From: an uncultured Gammaproteobacteria bacterium
Lineage (GTDB): Bacteria > Patescibacteriota > Patescibacteriia > Magasanikbacterales > UBA922
Direction of reading: 5' to 3'
NCBI GenBank assembly: GCA_965231005.1
Contig: OZ246405.1
Span: forward strand, 738,709-802,708
DNA: 64,000 nucleotides
Shown piece by piece: positions 10,243 to 19,748 of this stretch. The notes beneath the pieces were generated by a model, which searched no databases, was not told the origin of the DNA, and was given only the letters and a program-made list of their open reading frames with translations. Numbering within the stretch: position 1 is the first letter of the stretch; each line of letters opens with the position of its first letter. The position numbers and the translations under genes were made by a program.

Positions 10243-10683
10243 ATGGTGTACAAAAAAGAAGACGAACGCGTAAGCGTATCAGTTGGTGCAATTGTTTTGA
10301 ACAAAGATGGACACGTTCTTTTATCAAAAAGAGCAAAAGATCCATTTCGAGGTGCGTGGGTATTGCCGAGTGGCTTTCTTCAAACACATGAGAGAACAGA
10401 AGAAGGGGTTGTCAGAGAGGTATATGAAGAAACAGGATTAAAGATAACATTGGATCGTTTATATGGTGTGTATTCTACCCCTGGTCGAGATCCACGGTCA
10501 CACGTAGTATCACCATACTACGTTGCTCATGTTGATAGTGGAAGTATTATTAATACCATAGAAGCAAAGGATTCAGATTTTTTTCCTCTAGACAAATTGC
10601 CAAAAGGAGAGTACGCTTTTGACCATGAACAGATTCTCAAAGATTTTGTGTCATCACCAGAAAAACAACCATTTTCTCCATAA
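10243..10683 (+). CDS. NUDIX hydrolase
   Basis: The motif GAWVLPSGFLQTHERTEEGVVREVYEETGLKI is a Nudix box. Confidence 0.8.
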   Translation: MVYKKEDERVSVSVGAIVLNKDGHVLLSKRAKDPFRGAWVLPSGFLQTHERTEEGVVREVYEETGLKITLDRLYGVYSTPGRDPRSHVVSPYYVAHVDSGSIINTIEAKDSDFFPLDKLPKGEYAFDHEQILKDFVSSPEKQPFSP

Positions 10684-10694
10684 TCCTATGGCAT

Positions 10695-11096
10695 ATGGAA
10701 ACTGCAAAACAAACACTTTTTATTCAACAGTTTCCTTTTGAACGCGATATTAGAGAAGATGCAAGAGCATTAGAAACCGCCAAAGTGGGGGATGTCCATA
10801 TTTCTCGGATAGAAATAAAACCGCAAGCAATCATTGGCAATCTTTATTACAACACAACAGATGTTATTTTTTTTCTGGAGAGTGGAAGTCTACGAATGAA
10901 ATTTTTTCAAATTCATACACACGAAGAAAAAGAAGTCATATATAATCCAGGGGACGGCATTATTCATTTGCCAGCGCAAGTTGCATTTGCATTTTCAAAT
11001 ATATATGATGTATCTGCAGTATTAATTATGTTTTCAAATAAGTCTCTTCAGTCTGACGATGATACATCGTTTCCACTGTATACAACAGGAATTTAA
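10695..11096 (+). CDS. small cupin-like protein, possibly a WxcM/FdtA-like sugar ketoisomerase
   Basis: A 133-aa beta-rich protein whose ...FPFERD... segment is reminiscent of WxcM-like domains. It lies directly upstream of rfbB. The assignment is weak. Confidence 0.3.
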   Translation: METAKQTLFIQQFPFERDIREDARALETAKVGDVHISRIEIKPQAIIGNLYYNTTDVIFFLESGSLRMKFFQIHTHEEKEVIYNPGDGIIHLPAQVAFAFSNIYDVSAVLIMFSNKSLQSDDDTSFPLYTTGI

Positions 11097-11107
11097 CTAA
11101 TGTATTT

Positions 11108-12112
11108 ATGAAGTTACTAGTAACGGGTGGTGCAGGATTTATAGGATCAAATTTTATTCGATATTATTTACAGAATCACGCAGATGATTCTATTATTAAT
11201 GTTGACATACTTACCTATGCTGGAAATTTGGAAAATCTAAAGGATATAAAAGATGATCCAAGATATTCTTTTGTAAAAGCAGATATTTGTGACAAAGAAA
11301 CAATAGAAGACCTTGTCAAAGATGTTGACATAATTGTTCATTTTGCAGCAGAGAGTCATGTTGACCGATCAATTATGGATCCAGGTGCATTTATACGAAC
11401 AAATGTATTAGGGACACAAGTATTATTAGATGCTGTAAAAAAGTACAAAAAAAGGTTTCACCATGTTTCAACGGACGAAGTGTTTGGTGCATTAGGACCA
11501 CATGATCCACCATTTGACGAACAAACACCGTATGATCCAAAAAGTCCTTATTCAGCTTCCAAAGCAGCTTCAGATCATCTTGTTCGTGCGTATCATCATA
11601 CGTATGGATTAGAAATAACAATTTCTAATTGTTCGAACAACTATGGTCCATATCATTTTCCAGAAAAAATAATTCCGCTTTTCATTTCAAATCTTATGGA
11701 AGGAAAATCAGTTCCTGTGTATGGAGACGGTGGACAGATTCGTGACTGGATTTATGTTGATGATCATAGCCGTGGTATTGATATGATTTTGCAAAAAGGA
11801 AAAAGTGGTGAAACATATTGTCTTGGTGGGGGAAACCAACCTACAAATCTTGAGTTAACAAAGAAACTTATTCATCTTCTTGATCGTGATGAATCGTTCA
11901 TTGAATTTGTAAAAGATCGTCCTGGACATGATCGTCGGTACGATGTAGACTACAGCAAGGCAAAACATGAGCTTGGATGGGAGCCACAAGTTTCTCTTGA
12001 CGAAGGATTGAAAAAGACAGTTGATTGGTACAAAGAACATCAAGAATGGGTTGCTCGCTGCAAGAGTGGTGAATATATGAAATACTACGATGAGTGGTAT
12101 GGCCGTACGTAA
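11108..12112 (+). CDS. rfbB: dTDP-glucose 4,6-dehydratase
   Basis: The N-terminus [16 protein letters not shown], the catalytic YxxxK (YSASKAASD) and [11 protein letters not shown] match RmlB. Confidence 0.9.
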   Translation: MKLLVTGGAGFIGSNFIRYYLQNHADDSIINVDILTYAGNLENLKDIKDDPRYSFVKADICDKETIEDLVKDVDIIVHFAAESHVDRSIMDPGAFIRTNVLGTQVLLDAVKKYKKRFHHVSTDEVFGALGPHDPPFDEQTPYDPKSPYSASKAASDHLVRAYHHTYGLEITISNCSNNYGPYHFPEKIIPLFISNLMEGKSVPVYGDGGQIRDWIYVDDHSRGIDMILQKGKSGETYCLGGGNQPTNLELTKKLIHLLDRDESFIEFVKDRPGHDRRYDVDYSKAKHELGWEPQVSLDEGLKKTVDWYKEHQEWVARCKSGEYMKYYDEWYGRT

Positions 12113-12116
12113 TACT

Positions 12117-12986
12117 ATGAAGATACTTATTATTGGAAATGGATATGTTGGAAAACGCTGTGCAGATGCATGGGACAATAGTATCCTTTCCACAAAAAAA
12201 ATTTATACAAAACAGGATGCCCTGGATATTATTGAAGAACATGGGCCAGATGTTGTCTTAAATGCTGCTGGAGTGCGTGGTTATCCAAATGTTGACTGGT
12301 GTGAAGACAATCAACTGCCGACAATGATTGGAAATACAAAATTGCCAATTCTTATTGCAGAAGCATGCCAAGAAAAAGGAATATATCTGCTTCACATTGG
12401 GTCTGGTTGTATTTTTTATGGTGATTCTCCTCATCCAGACAAAAAATGGAGAGAACATGATTTTGGAAATCCTGATGTTGTATATTCTCGCGCAAAATGG
12501 GCAGCTGACTTAGTTCTTTCTACACTTGATAATGTTGGTATTGCTCGGATTCGCATGCCGATTGACTGGATTCCTGCACAACATAATCTCATTGATAAAT
12601 TAGCAACATATCCAAAAGTTATTGATGTTGAAAATAGTGTAACAATTATTGATGACATGATTGATGTATTTTATAAACTTATGGAGAAAAATGCTTCTGG
12701 AATTTTTCATGTGACCAATCCTGGAACAATGAAGCATAAAGAACTTATGGCATTATATGAAGAATTAGTTGATCCAAATCATACAAATGAATGGATTTCA
12801 AATGATGATTTAGTCAAACAGGGGCTCGCAACAAAAGGACGCTCAAATAATTTTTTACATTCAGAAAATTTAGCAACATTTGGAATTGAAATGAGGAATG
12901 TACAAGATGCCTTGAGAGATACTATGGAAAAATACGCAAAAGCAAAAAAAGCAGGAAAATCGTCAGAAGATATTCTTTCTTGCTAG
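12117..12986 (+). CDS. NAD(P)-dependent sugar reductase/epimerase, RmlD (dTDP-4-dehydrorhamnose reductase)-like
   Basis: An MKILIIGNGYVGK Rossmann N-terminus at ~290 aa. It is adjacent to rfbB. The start was trimmed to the ATG at 12117. Confidence 0.6.
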   Translation: MKILIIGNGYVGKRCADAWDNSILSTKKIYTKQDALDIIEEHGPDVVLNAAGVRGYPNVDWCEDNQLPTMIGNTKLPILIAEACQEKGIYLLHIGSGCIFYGDSPHPDKKWREHDFGNPDVVYSRAKWAADLVLSTLDNVGIARIRMPIDWIPAQHNLIDKLATYPKVIDVENSVTIIDDMIDVFYKLMEKNASGIFHVTNPGTMKHKELMALYEELVDPNHTNEWISNDDLVKQGLATKGRSNNFLHSENLATFGIEMRNVQDALRDTMEKYAKAKKAGKSSEDILSC

Positions 12987-13084
12987 ATATTAATATTAAA
13001 GGAGCTCTATTTATTGGAGCTTTTTTTGATCTTGTTTTTTAGGCTCAAATAAGGTAATATGGGCTTACTATTAAAATAAATTAT

Positions 13085-13432
13085 ATGGATTATTATATTG
13101 ATGAACGACCTTGGGGTTGGTTTAAAATTCTCTTGGATTCACCAAATCACAAAGTTAAAGAAATGATGATTAAACCAAAGAGTCGTTTTAGTTATCAGTT
13201 GCACAAAAAAAGGAATGAACATTGGGTTGTAGTTTCAGGGAGCGCTGTTGCAATTGTTGATGGAAAAGAAAACTACCTTGAAAAAGGTGACAGCATAAGT
13301 GTTCCAATTGGTGCAAAACACCGCATGGAAAATCGTACAGACAAAGATCTAATTTTCATTGAAGTACAAACAGGAGATTATTTTGGTGAAGAAGATATTA
13401 TTCGGTTTGAGGATGATTATAATCGTATTTAA
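13085..13432 (+). CDS. cupin-domain protein homologous to the C-terminal cupin of mannose-6-phosphate isomerase / GDP-mannose pyrophosphorylase (ManC)
   Basis: ERPWGWFKILLDSPNHKVKEMMIKPKSRFSYQLHKKRNEHWVVVSG...IPIGAKHRMEN...IEVQTGDYFGEEDIIRFED aligns closely to the ManC C-terminal cupin. Confidence 0.75.
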   Translation: MDYYIDERPWGWFKILLDSPNHKVKEMMIKPKSRFSYQLHKKRNEHWVVVSGSAVAIVDGKENYLEKGDSISVPIGAKHRMENRTDKDLIFIEVQTGDYFGEEDIIRFEDDYNRI

Positions 13433-13435
13433 TGT

Positions 13436-14293
13436 ATGGATTTAAGCGTTGTCACTGTTACATGGAATTCTGAAAAACAAATTGCAAGACAAATTCGTTC
13501 TGTATTTTCTGGTTGTAAAACAATTTCTTGCGAAGAAATTGTTTCAGATAGTGGTTCAACAGATAGCACCGTTGATATTATTAAAACACAGTTTCCAGAA
13601 ATAACCATTTTCGATAACAAAAAAAATATTGGTTTTGGTGCAGGAAACAACCAAGGACTTGCAGCATCAACCGGTGAATTTGTTCTTTTTCTCAATCCTG
13701 ACATGAAGGTTGAGCCAAGGAGTTTAGATACTATTATTGACTGGATGAAAAAACATCCTGATGTTGGCATTGTCAGTCCAAAACTTATAGATCAGCATGG
13801 AAATATAAATAGTGAAGCAATGCCAAGGCGTTTTCCAAAATTGTGGGAACAAATTGCCCTTATTTTAAAAATTCCTCATATATTTCCTCGTCTTCTAGAT
13901 TCATATCATATGAAAGATTTGGATGCAGAAAAAGAACAAGAAGTAGATTCAGTGCGGGGCTCTTTCATGCTCATGCGACGTGAATTCATAGACAAACTTG
14001 GTTGGGCCTTTGATCCACGTTATTTTATTTGGTACGAAGATGTTGATATTTGTCGTGAAGCAAAAAGACATGGATACAAAGTAATGTATACTCCAATTAT
14101 TTTTTGTGTAGATTATGTTGGGCAAAGCTTCAAAAAACGCAAGACGCTTTGGAAGCAAAAGCAATTTACAAAAAGTATGATCATCTATTTTAAGAAGTGG
14201 GAACCGTGGTACAAATGGATGTGGATTGCACTCTTTCGACCATTTGGGATTGCTATGGCGTGGGCAAATGATTTATTAGTAAGGAAAACATGA
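13436..14293 (+). CDS. GT2-family glycosyltransferase
   Basis: The GT-A N-terminus LSVVTVTWNSEKQIARQIRS, plus DxD-like motifs. Confidence 0.8.
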   Translation: MDLSVVTVTWNSEKQIARQIRSVFSGCKTISCEEIVSDSGSTDSTVDIIKTQFPEITIFDNKKNIGFGAGNNQGLAASTGEFVLFLNPDMKVEPRSLDTIIDWMKKHPDVGIVSPKLIDQHGNINSEAMPRRFPKLWEQIALILKIPHIFPRLLDSYHMKDLDAEKEQEVDSVRGSFMLMRREFIDKLGWAFDPRYFIWYEDVDICREAKRHGYKVMYTPIIFCVDYVGQSFKKRKTLWKQKQFTKSMIIYFKKWEPWYKWMWIALFRPFGIAMAWANDLLVRKT

Positions 14294-15330
14294 AGAAACT
14301 TTCAGTACATTTGGTAACATGGAATGGTGCGAAATATATTCCACATCTTTTTGAATCTCTAAGAAAACAAACATACACAAACTGGAATTTGGTTGTACTT
14401 GATAATTGTTCAGACGACAACACTGCCGAAGTAATAGAAAAAGAGTTGGGCAATTTTTCTGTTCAATATTTTTTTAAGAAATACAAAAAGAATACAGGCT
14501 TTGCAGGTGGACATAATCTCTTGTTTCAGGAAACAGATTCAGAATATGTATTGTTGTTGAATCAAGACATGTACCTTACATCAAATTGTTTTGAACAATT
14601 GGTGGCATATGCAGATGCACATAAGAACATTGCAGCTGTATCTCCAAGATTGATGAGATGGAATTTTTCTGCTGTAAAAGATGATCCATCGCAAGGGTTT
14701 ACAGATCATATTGATGCACTTGGTTTAAAAGTATTTCGTTCGCGACGTGTTATTGAACAATATACAAAACAGACGTGGACTCAAACCAAACATATCTTTG
14801 ATACAGATGTGTTAGATGTTTTTGGTGTTTCCGGTGCGTTTCCTTTGCTGAGAACATCATTGGTTAAGCAAGTAGTATTTGAAGACGGTTCACTGTTTGA
14901 CGAGAGCTATCACGCATACAAAGAAGATGTTGATTTGGCATTTCGATTGCGTGCTGCAGGATATAGTGCAAGTGTGCTTCTTGATGTTGTTGCATATCAT
15001 GATAGAACAGGTGCAGGGGCAAAGCGTCTTAGTGATAGAGCATCTATTCAAAACAAGAAAAAACAGTCGCCCTGGGTTACCTATCACAGCTATAAAAATC
15101 ATCTTGTCACATTGTACAAAAATGAATACCTTCAAAATCTCCTTCTTGATCTTCCTTGGATTGTGTGGTATGAATTAAAGAAGTTTTTATACTTTCTTAT
15201 TTTCGATATAAGAGTGGTAAAGGGACTATCTGAAATATGGAGTAGTAGAGTGGAGATAGAAAAGAGACGTTTGTATATTAAAGATAAAAGAACAGTCAAT
15301 GCACTTACCATGAGGCATTGGTGGACATAG
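14290..15330 (+). CDS. GT2-family glycosyltransferase
   Basis: VHLVTWNGAKYIPHLFESLRKQTYTNWNLVVLDNCSDDNT. It is coupled by a 4-nt overlap to the previous gene. Confidence 0.8.
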   Translation: MKKLSVHLVTWNGAKYIPHLFESLRKQTYTNWNLVVLDNCSDDNTAEVIEKELGNFSVQYFFKKYKKNTGFAGGHNLLFQETDSEYVLLLNQDMYLTSNCFEQLVAYADAHKNIAAVSPRLMRWNFSAVKDDPSQGFTDHIDALGLKVFRSRRVIEQYTKQTWTQTKHIFDTDVLDVFGVSGAFPLLRTSLVKQVVFEDGSLFDESYHAYKEDVDLAFRLRAAGYSASVLLDVVAYHDRTGAGAKRLSDRASIQNKKKQSPWVTYHSYKNHLVTLYKNEYLQNLLLDLPWIVWYELKKFLYFLIFDIRVVKGLSEIWSSRVEIEKRRLYIKDKRTVNALTMRHWWT

Positions 15331-15331
15331 T

Positions 15332-16177
15332 ATGAAAGACATAAATATTGTATTTCTTAATTATTTCATGAAAGATGACATACTCAATGCCATTGATTCT
15401 TTGGTTCGAGATATTGCAGATTGTCCTTATGATGTTCAAATCACAGTTGCTGATAATTCAGAGAACAAAGACGGCATTCGGCAAGATTTAACAGCGCGAT
15501 TCCCGCAAGTACTTTATATTAATTCATATGGAAATGTAGGGTTTGGAAAAGGAAATACAAATGGATTTAAAGAAACAGAAGCACGATATTATTTTTCATT
15601 AAATCGTGACACAATTATTCCAGAAGATTCAAAAACGATAGAACGGATTGTGCGTTTTATGGATGAGCATCCTAAGATTGGATGTATGGGCCCTAAGTTG
15701 CTTAACATGGATGGAAGTTTGCAATACTCCTGCTATCGGTTTGACCTTCCATCAATTTTGATCAAACCATTTAAACAGATGAATCTAGACAAAAAATACA
15801 AATGGGTTAAGAAGTATACAGACCGATTACTTATGAAAGATTTTGACCACAATAAAACACAACCAGTGGATTGGGTTTTGGGTGCTGCACTCATAGTGCG
15901 AAAAGAAGTCGTGGATAAGATTGGTTGGTTTGATGAACGATATTTCATGTATTTAGAAGATGCAGATTGGTGTCACACTATGTGGGAACATGGATGGCCA
16001 GTCTACTATGTGCATGATATAGTTATTAAGCATATGCATGCAAGACAATCAGCGCAAGTGCCTGGAATTATAAAAGCACTATTAAAAAATAAATTAGCAC
16101 GTATTCATCTTATGAGTTGGATCAAATATCTGTTAAAGTGGCGTGGCAATCATAAATATTATGCAACACTATCCTAA
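15332..16177 (+). CDS. GT2-family glycosyltransferase
   Basis: INIVFLNYFMKDDILNAIDSL ... DAD. The start lies 2 nt after the previous stop. Confidence 0.75.
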   Translation: MKDINIVFLNYFMKDDILNAIDSLVRDIADCPYDVQITVADNSENKDGIRQDLTARFPQVLYINSYGNVGFGKGNTNGFKETEARYYFSLNRDTIIPEDSKTIERIVRFMDEHPKIGCMGPKLLNMDGSLQYSCYRFDLPSILIKPFKQMNLDKKYKWVKKYTDRLLMKDFDHNKTQPVDWVLGAALIVRKEVVDKIGWFDERYFMYLEDADWCHTMWEHGWPVYYVHDIVIKHMHARQSAQVPGIIKALLKNKLARIHLMSWIKYLLKWRGNHKYYATLS

Positions 16178-17261
16178 AATAGCAATAATCTATCTTTCCT
16201 TTCATTGTGAACCATACATCGACGATGTTGTATCTTCACTAAAAAAACTTACCTATCCAAAAGATAAGATTGAGTTTATTGTGGTAGACAATCCTCATCC
16301 AACACATGGCTCATCAATGCGCTATTTAGAAGAACATGTCATGCCTTTGTCTGGTAATGAAATTCCACATACAACACTTTTAGGACAAAAGGAGAATTTG
16401 GGATTTGCTGGTGGAAATAATGCTGGGGTTGATTGGGCGATTGAGCATGGTTTTGACTATGTCTATTTTCATAATAATGATGGATTCATGGCTGCAAACT
16501 CTCTTGAACCAATTGTAAATGCAATGGAGACTGACAAAACAATTGGAGCTGCTCAGTCACTCATGTTATTACATCCTGAAACAGAATTACTTAATAGTGC
16601 AGGAAATTCATATCATTTTCTTGGATTTGGATTTTGCGATGAATATAGAACACATATAAAAGATTTGAACGTACCAGAAATAAAGGAAGTATCATATGCA
16701 AGTGGTGCAGCATTTATGGTCCCAATCAAATTGATTAAAGAATTTGGTTCTTGGGATGAAGATTTCTTTTTGTATCATGAAGATTTGGAGTGGTCGTTTC
16801 GTCTACGTGCAGTTGGATACAAAATTGCACTCATTCGTGATTCAGTCTTTTATCATAAGTATCAATTTAGTCGTAGCATTGAGAAATTTTATTGGATGGA
16901 ACGAAATAGATATGGAGTGTTGCTTATGTTCTTCAAAATTCCAACACTTTTATTACTTCTTCCAATGCTTGTTGTTATGGAGTGTGGTCTATGGATTTTT
17001 GCACTGAAAGGTGGTTGGCTCGATAAGCGCATTGAGGTCTTGAAATATTGGATCAATCCAAAGCATTGGAGTATTTGGCTCAAAAAAAGAAAAAAAATTC
17101 AACAAATTCGCAAAAAATCAGATCGTTTCTTACTTTCTTTTTCTGTACCAGAAATTCTTTTTCAAGATGCCTCAATGAAAAATCCATTACTCTTATATGT
17201 TGGAAATCCAATCATGAAAGTATATTATTGGATTGTGGTTAAAGGACTTATTTGGTGGTAA
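16143..17261 (+). CDS. GT2-family glycosyltransferase with a C-terminal membrane segment
   Basis: IAIIYLSFHCEPYIDDVVSSLKKLTYPKDKIEFIVVDN. It overlaps the previous gene; an alternative start is the ATG at 16161. Confidence 0.75.
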   Translation: MAIINIMQHYPKIAIIYLSFHCEPYIDDVVSSLKKLTYPKDKIEFIVVDNPHPTHGSSMRYLEEHVMPLSGNEIPHTTLLGQKENLGFAGGNNAGVDWAIEHGFDYVYFHNNDGFMAANSLEPIVNAMETDKTIGAAQSLMLLHPETELLNSAGNSYHFLGFGFCDEYRTHIKDLNVPEIKEVSYASGAAFMVPIKLIKEFGSWDEDFFLYHEDLEWSFRLRAVGYKIALIRDSVFYHKYQFSRSIEKFYWMERNRYGVLLMFFKIPTLLLLLPMLVVMECGLWIFALKGGWLDKRIEVLKYWINPKHWSIWLKKRKKIQQIRKKSDRFLLSFSVPEILFQDASMKNPLLLYVGNPIMKVYYWIVVKGLIWW

Positions 17262-17263
17262 AT

Positions 17264-18355
17264 ATGAAAATTAGAAAAGCAATTCTTACTGGTGGGGGAA
17301 GGGCAACACGACTTCACCCAATTACAAGTACAATCAATAAGCATCTCCTTCCGCTGGCAAATAAACCAATGATTTTTCATGCTATAGAAAAAGCAGTTGC
17401 TGCTGGAGTAACAGAAATATTTATTAATACAAATCCTGGTGAAACAGAATTGCAAAAATATATTGGCGATGGTGGCCATTGGGGGATTTCAATTAAATTT
17501 TTTGAGCAAACAGGTGGCCCACAAGGAATCGCACATGTGGTCAACGAGGCAAGAGATTTTATTGGAAAAGATCCATTCATGTTTTATCTTTCAGACAATA
17601 TTTTACTTGGAGATCTTCATGGACTTTTTGATACATTCCACAAAGGAAAATATGATTGTATGCTTGCACTGTCAGAAGTCAATGATCCACAACGGTTTGG
17701 CATTGCAACGTTTGATGATAATGGAACTATTTTAGATGTAATTGAAAAGCCGAAAAATCCACCAAACAATCTTGCTGTAACTGGAATTTATTTGTATGGT
17801 CCTCGTGTATTTTTTGATGCATTCAATCGCATTGAAAAGAGTCATCGTGGAGAATATGAAATTTCTGATATCCATTCGCTTTTTTTAAAAGAAGGAAAGC
17901 GTGTTGGGCATAAAGAAATAACAGGGTGGTGGAAGGATACTGGAAAGGCAGAAGACTTATTGCTTGCCAATCAATTGCTGCTCGATCAGATAGAACCAAG
18001 AAGCGAACATGTCGGCGTTATGATTGATACGGATGTTCATATTGAAGGGAATGTCCATATTGGTGCTGGATCACAAATAAAAAAAGGAACTATTGTAAAA
18101 GGTCCTGTAATCATTGCAGAGAATTGTATTATTGACGGTGCGACTATTGGACCGCATGTGACGATTGGTGCTGGTACAGTTATTAAGGATGCCAAGATTA
18201 AACAGTCAATTTTGCTTGACAATAGTACTATTGATTGTGACATGCATATTACAGACAGCATGCTTGGGCGAGGAATTACCTTGAAAAAAAGAGATCACCA
18301 ATATCAAGAAGGAAAGAGAATGATTATTGGTGATAAAACAATATTGGAAGTCTAG
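17264..18355 (+). CDS. sugar-1-phosphate nucleotidylyltransferase, long form with a C-terminal left-handed beta-helix (glucose-1-phosphate thymidylyltransferase-like)
   Basis: The N-terminus MKIRKAILTGGGRATRLHPITSTINKHLLPLANKPMI and C-terminal hexapeptide repeats. The start was trimmed to the ATG at 17264. Confidence 0.8.
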   Translation: MKIRKAILTGGGRATRLHPITSTINKHLLPLANKPMIFHAIEKAVAAGVTEIFINTNPGETELQKYIGDGGHWGISIKFFEQTGGPQGIAHVVNEARDFIGKDPFMFYLSDNILLGDLHGLFDTFHKGKYDCMLALSEVNDPQRFGIATFDDNGTILDVIEKPKNPPNNLAVTGIYLYGPRVFFDAFNRIEKSHRGEYEISDIHSLFLKEGKRVGHKEITGWWKDTGKAEDLLLANQLLLDQIEPRSEHVGVMIDTDVHIEGNVHIGAGSQIKKGTIVKGPVIIAENCIIDGATIGPHVTIGAGTVIKDAKIKQSILLDNSTIDCDMHITDSMLGRGITLKKRDHQYQEGKRMIIGDKTILEV

Positions 18356-19680
18356 TACGAAAGTTCAAATAGTCCTTGTGCATGGCCAATGGCACCAAGA
18401 AAGAATATATTTCTTTCTTTTTTGTTTATGCCTGTCTTTTTAATAATACCGTTTTCAAATAATTCATGACGTACATTGTACTCTGGATCAAAAGAGGCTA
18501 ACGAATCATCAGTGGAAATTCCAATTGTCCCGTGTTCATCAATAGTATTTGCAAATGAAATTTCTTCACTTACTCGATTCAAAAGTGTTGATTCGCCAGT
18601 TTCATTAATACGCCAGATTTCCCATGGAGACCACGTAATCCATTCTTTTCTTTCGGCATCATATACAATTTCACTTGTGGGAAGTTGTGTTTGTTGTCCA
18701 TTTTCTTTATATGGGATGATTACAACGTGTTTACTTGTTTTCCCAATGAAAAGATCATCAGTAATAACAAATATTTCTCTTATTGGATCACCAGTAAGTT
18801 GAATACTTTTTTCCTTGTCTTTATTGGAAACAACGTTATTTTTTTGATTATATTCCCAAATTGAGAGATCAGCATCTACAAAAAATATTTTGCTGTCTGC
18901 TTCTCCAATATGTTCCTTTCCTCTTGGTGAATAATAAGAAATATTTCCTTTGTGAAGAACTGCTATTGCGTGTTGTCTATGATCAATCCATTGAAAGCTT
19001 TTATTATCAAGTGGAGCAGAAAGTGTGAATGATCGCTTCCCTTGAACATTATTTGCATCAAATATCTCTAAAAGATTTTTTGTTGCAGTGTCATATTGTA
19101 TAACGGCTGTATTGTAGTATGGAGACCAAGATATTCGTGGCTGTTTTGCGCTCTGAGATCGAGTAAGCAACACATGCGTTTGTCTTTTTGTATCGTATAC
19201 ATATACTTCAAACGCCTTTTTTTCTTGCGTTAAAAAAATAATATATTTTCCATCGTACGAAATATGTGCATCCAAAATATTTTTAAATTGTTCGTCAACT
19301 ATACGGATTGGCAAGGAGGAGCGTGGGAGAATAATATCTTTAATATATGTTGTTTGTTTACTTTCAATTTTCACCTCTTTTTCCCATGTGTGATATCCCT
19401 CTTTTTCAACTTTTACATGATATTGTCCAGGCGCATAATTTGTTAGTTCTATTGGAATGCGTTGATCGAGAAGGACGTTATTTAGTGTTACTGTTGCATC
19501 ATCTGGCTTAAGATCAATCGTGAGTACACCTGTTTTTGTTAGTCTCCCTTCTTCTGCGTTATATCGGTATCCAATAGTATATAATATGATGATTGGTGAA
19601 ATAATAAAAAAGATAACAATCAAAAAAATCATGATTGCTATTCTGATTGGTCGGGTAAGAATTGTATCTGGATATGGCAT
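18352..19680 (-). CDS. membrane-anchored PEGA-domain protein with a C-terminal beta-propeller-like region
   Basis: An N-terminal TM helix is followed by a PEGA-like segment (GVLTIDLKPDDATVTLNNVLLDQRIPIELTNYAPGQYHVKVEKEGYHTWEKEV). The beta-propeller-like assignment for the rest of the protein is an impression only; no repeat motifs were checked. Confidence 0.5.
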   Translation of the reverse strand: MPYPDTILTRPIRIAIMIFLIVIFFIISPIIILYTIGYRYNAEEGRLTKTGVLTIDLKPDDATVTLNNVLLDQRIPIELTNYAPGQYHVKVEKEGYHTWEKEVKIESKQTTYIKDIILPRSSLPIRIVDEQFKNILDAHISYDGKYIIFLTQEKKAFEVYVYDTKRQTHVLLTRSQSAKQPRISWSPYYNTAVIQYDTATKNLLEIFDANNVQGKRSFTLSAPLDNKSFQWIDHRQHAIAVLHKGNISYYSPRGKEHIGEADSKIFFVDADLSIWEYNQKNNVVSNKDKEKSIQLTGDPIREIFVITDDLFIGKTSKHVVIIPYKENGQQTQLPTSEIVYDAERKEWITWSPWEIWRINETGESTLLNRVSEEISFANTIDEHGTIGISTDDSLASFDPEYNVRHELFENGIIKKTGINKKERNIFFLGAIGHAQGLFELSY

Positions 19681-19748
19681 AAAAAGTGCAATTGACTTCA
19701 GAGGTCTTCTGCTGTATAATTGTAGCGTATTTTTAGGGAAAAAACAAT

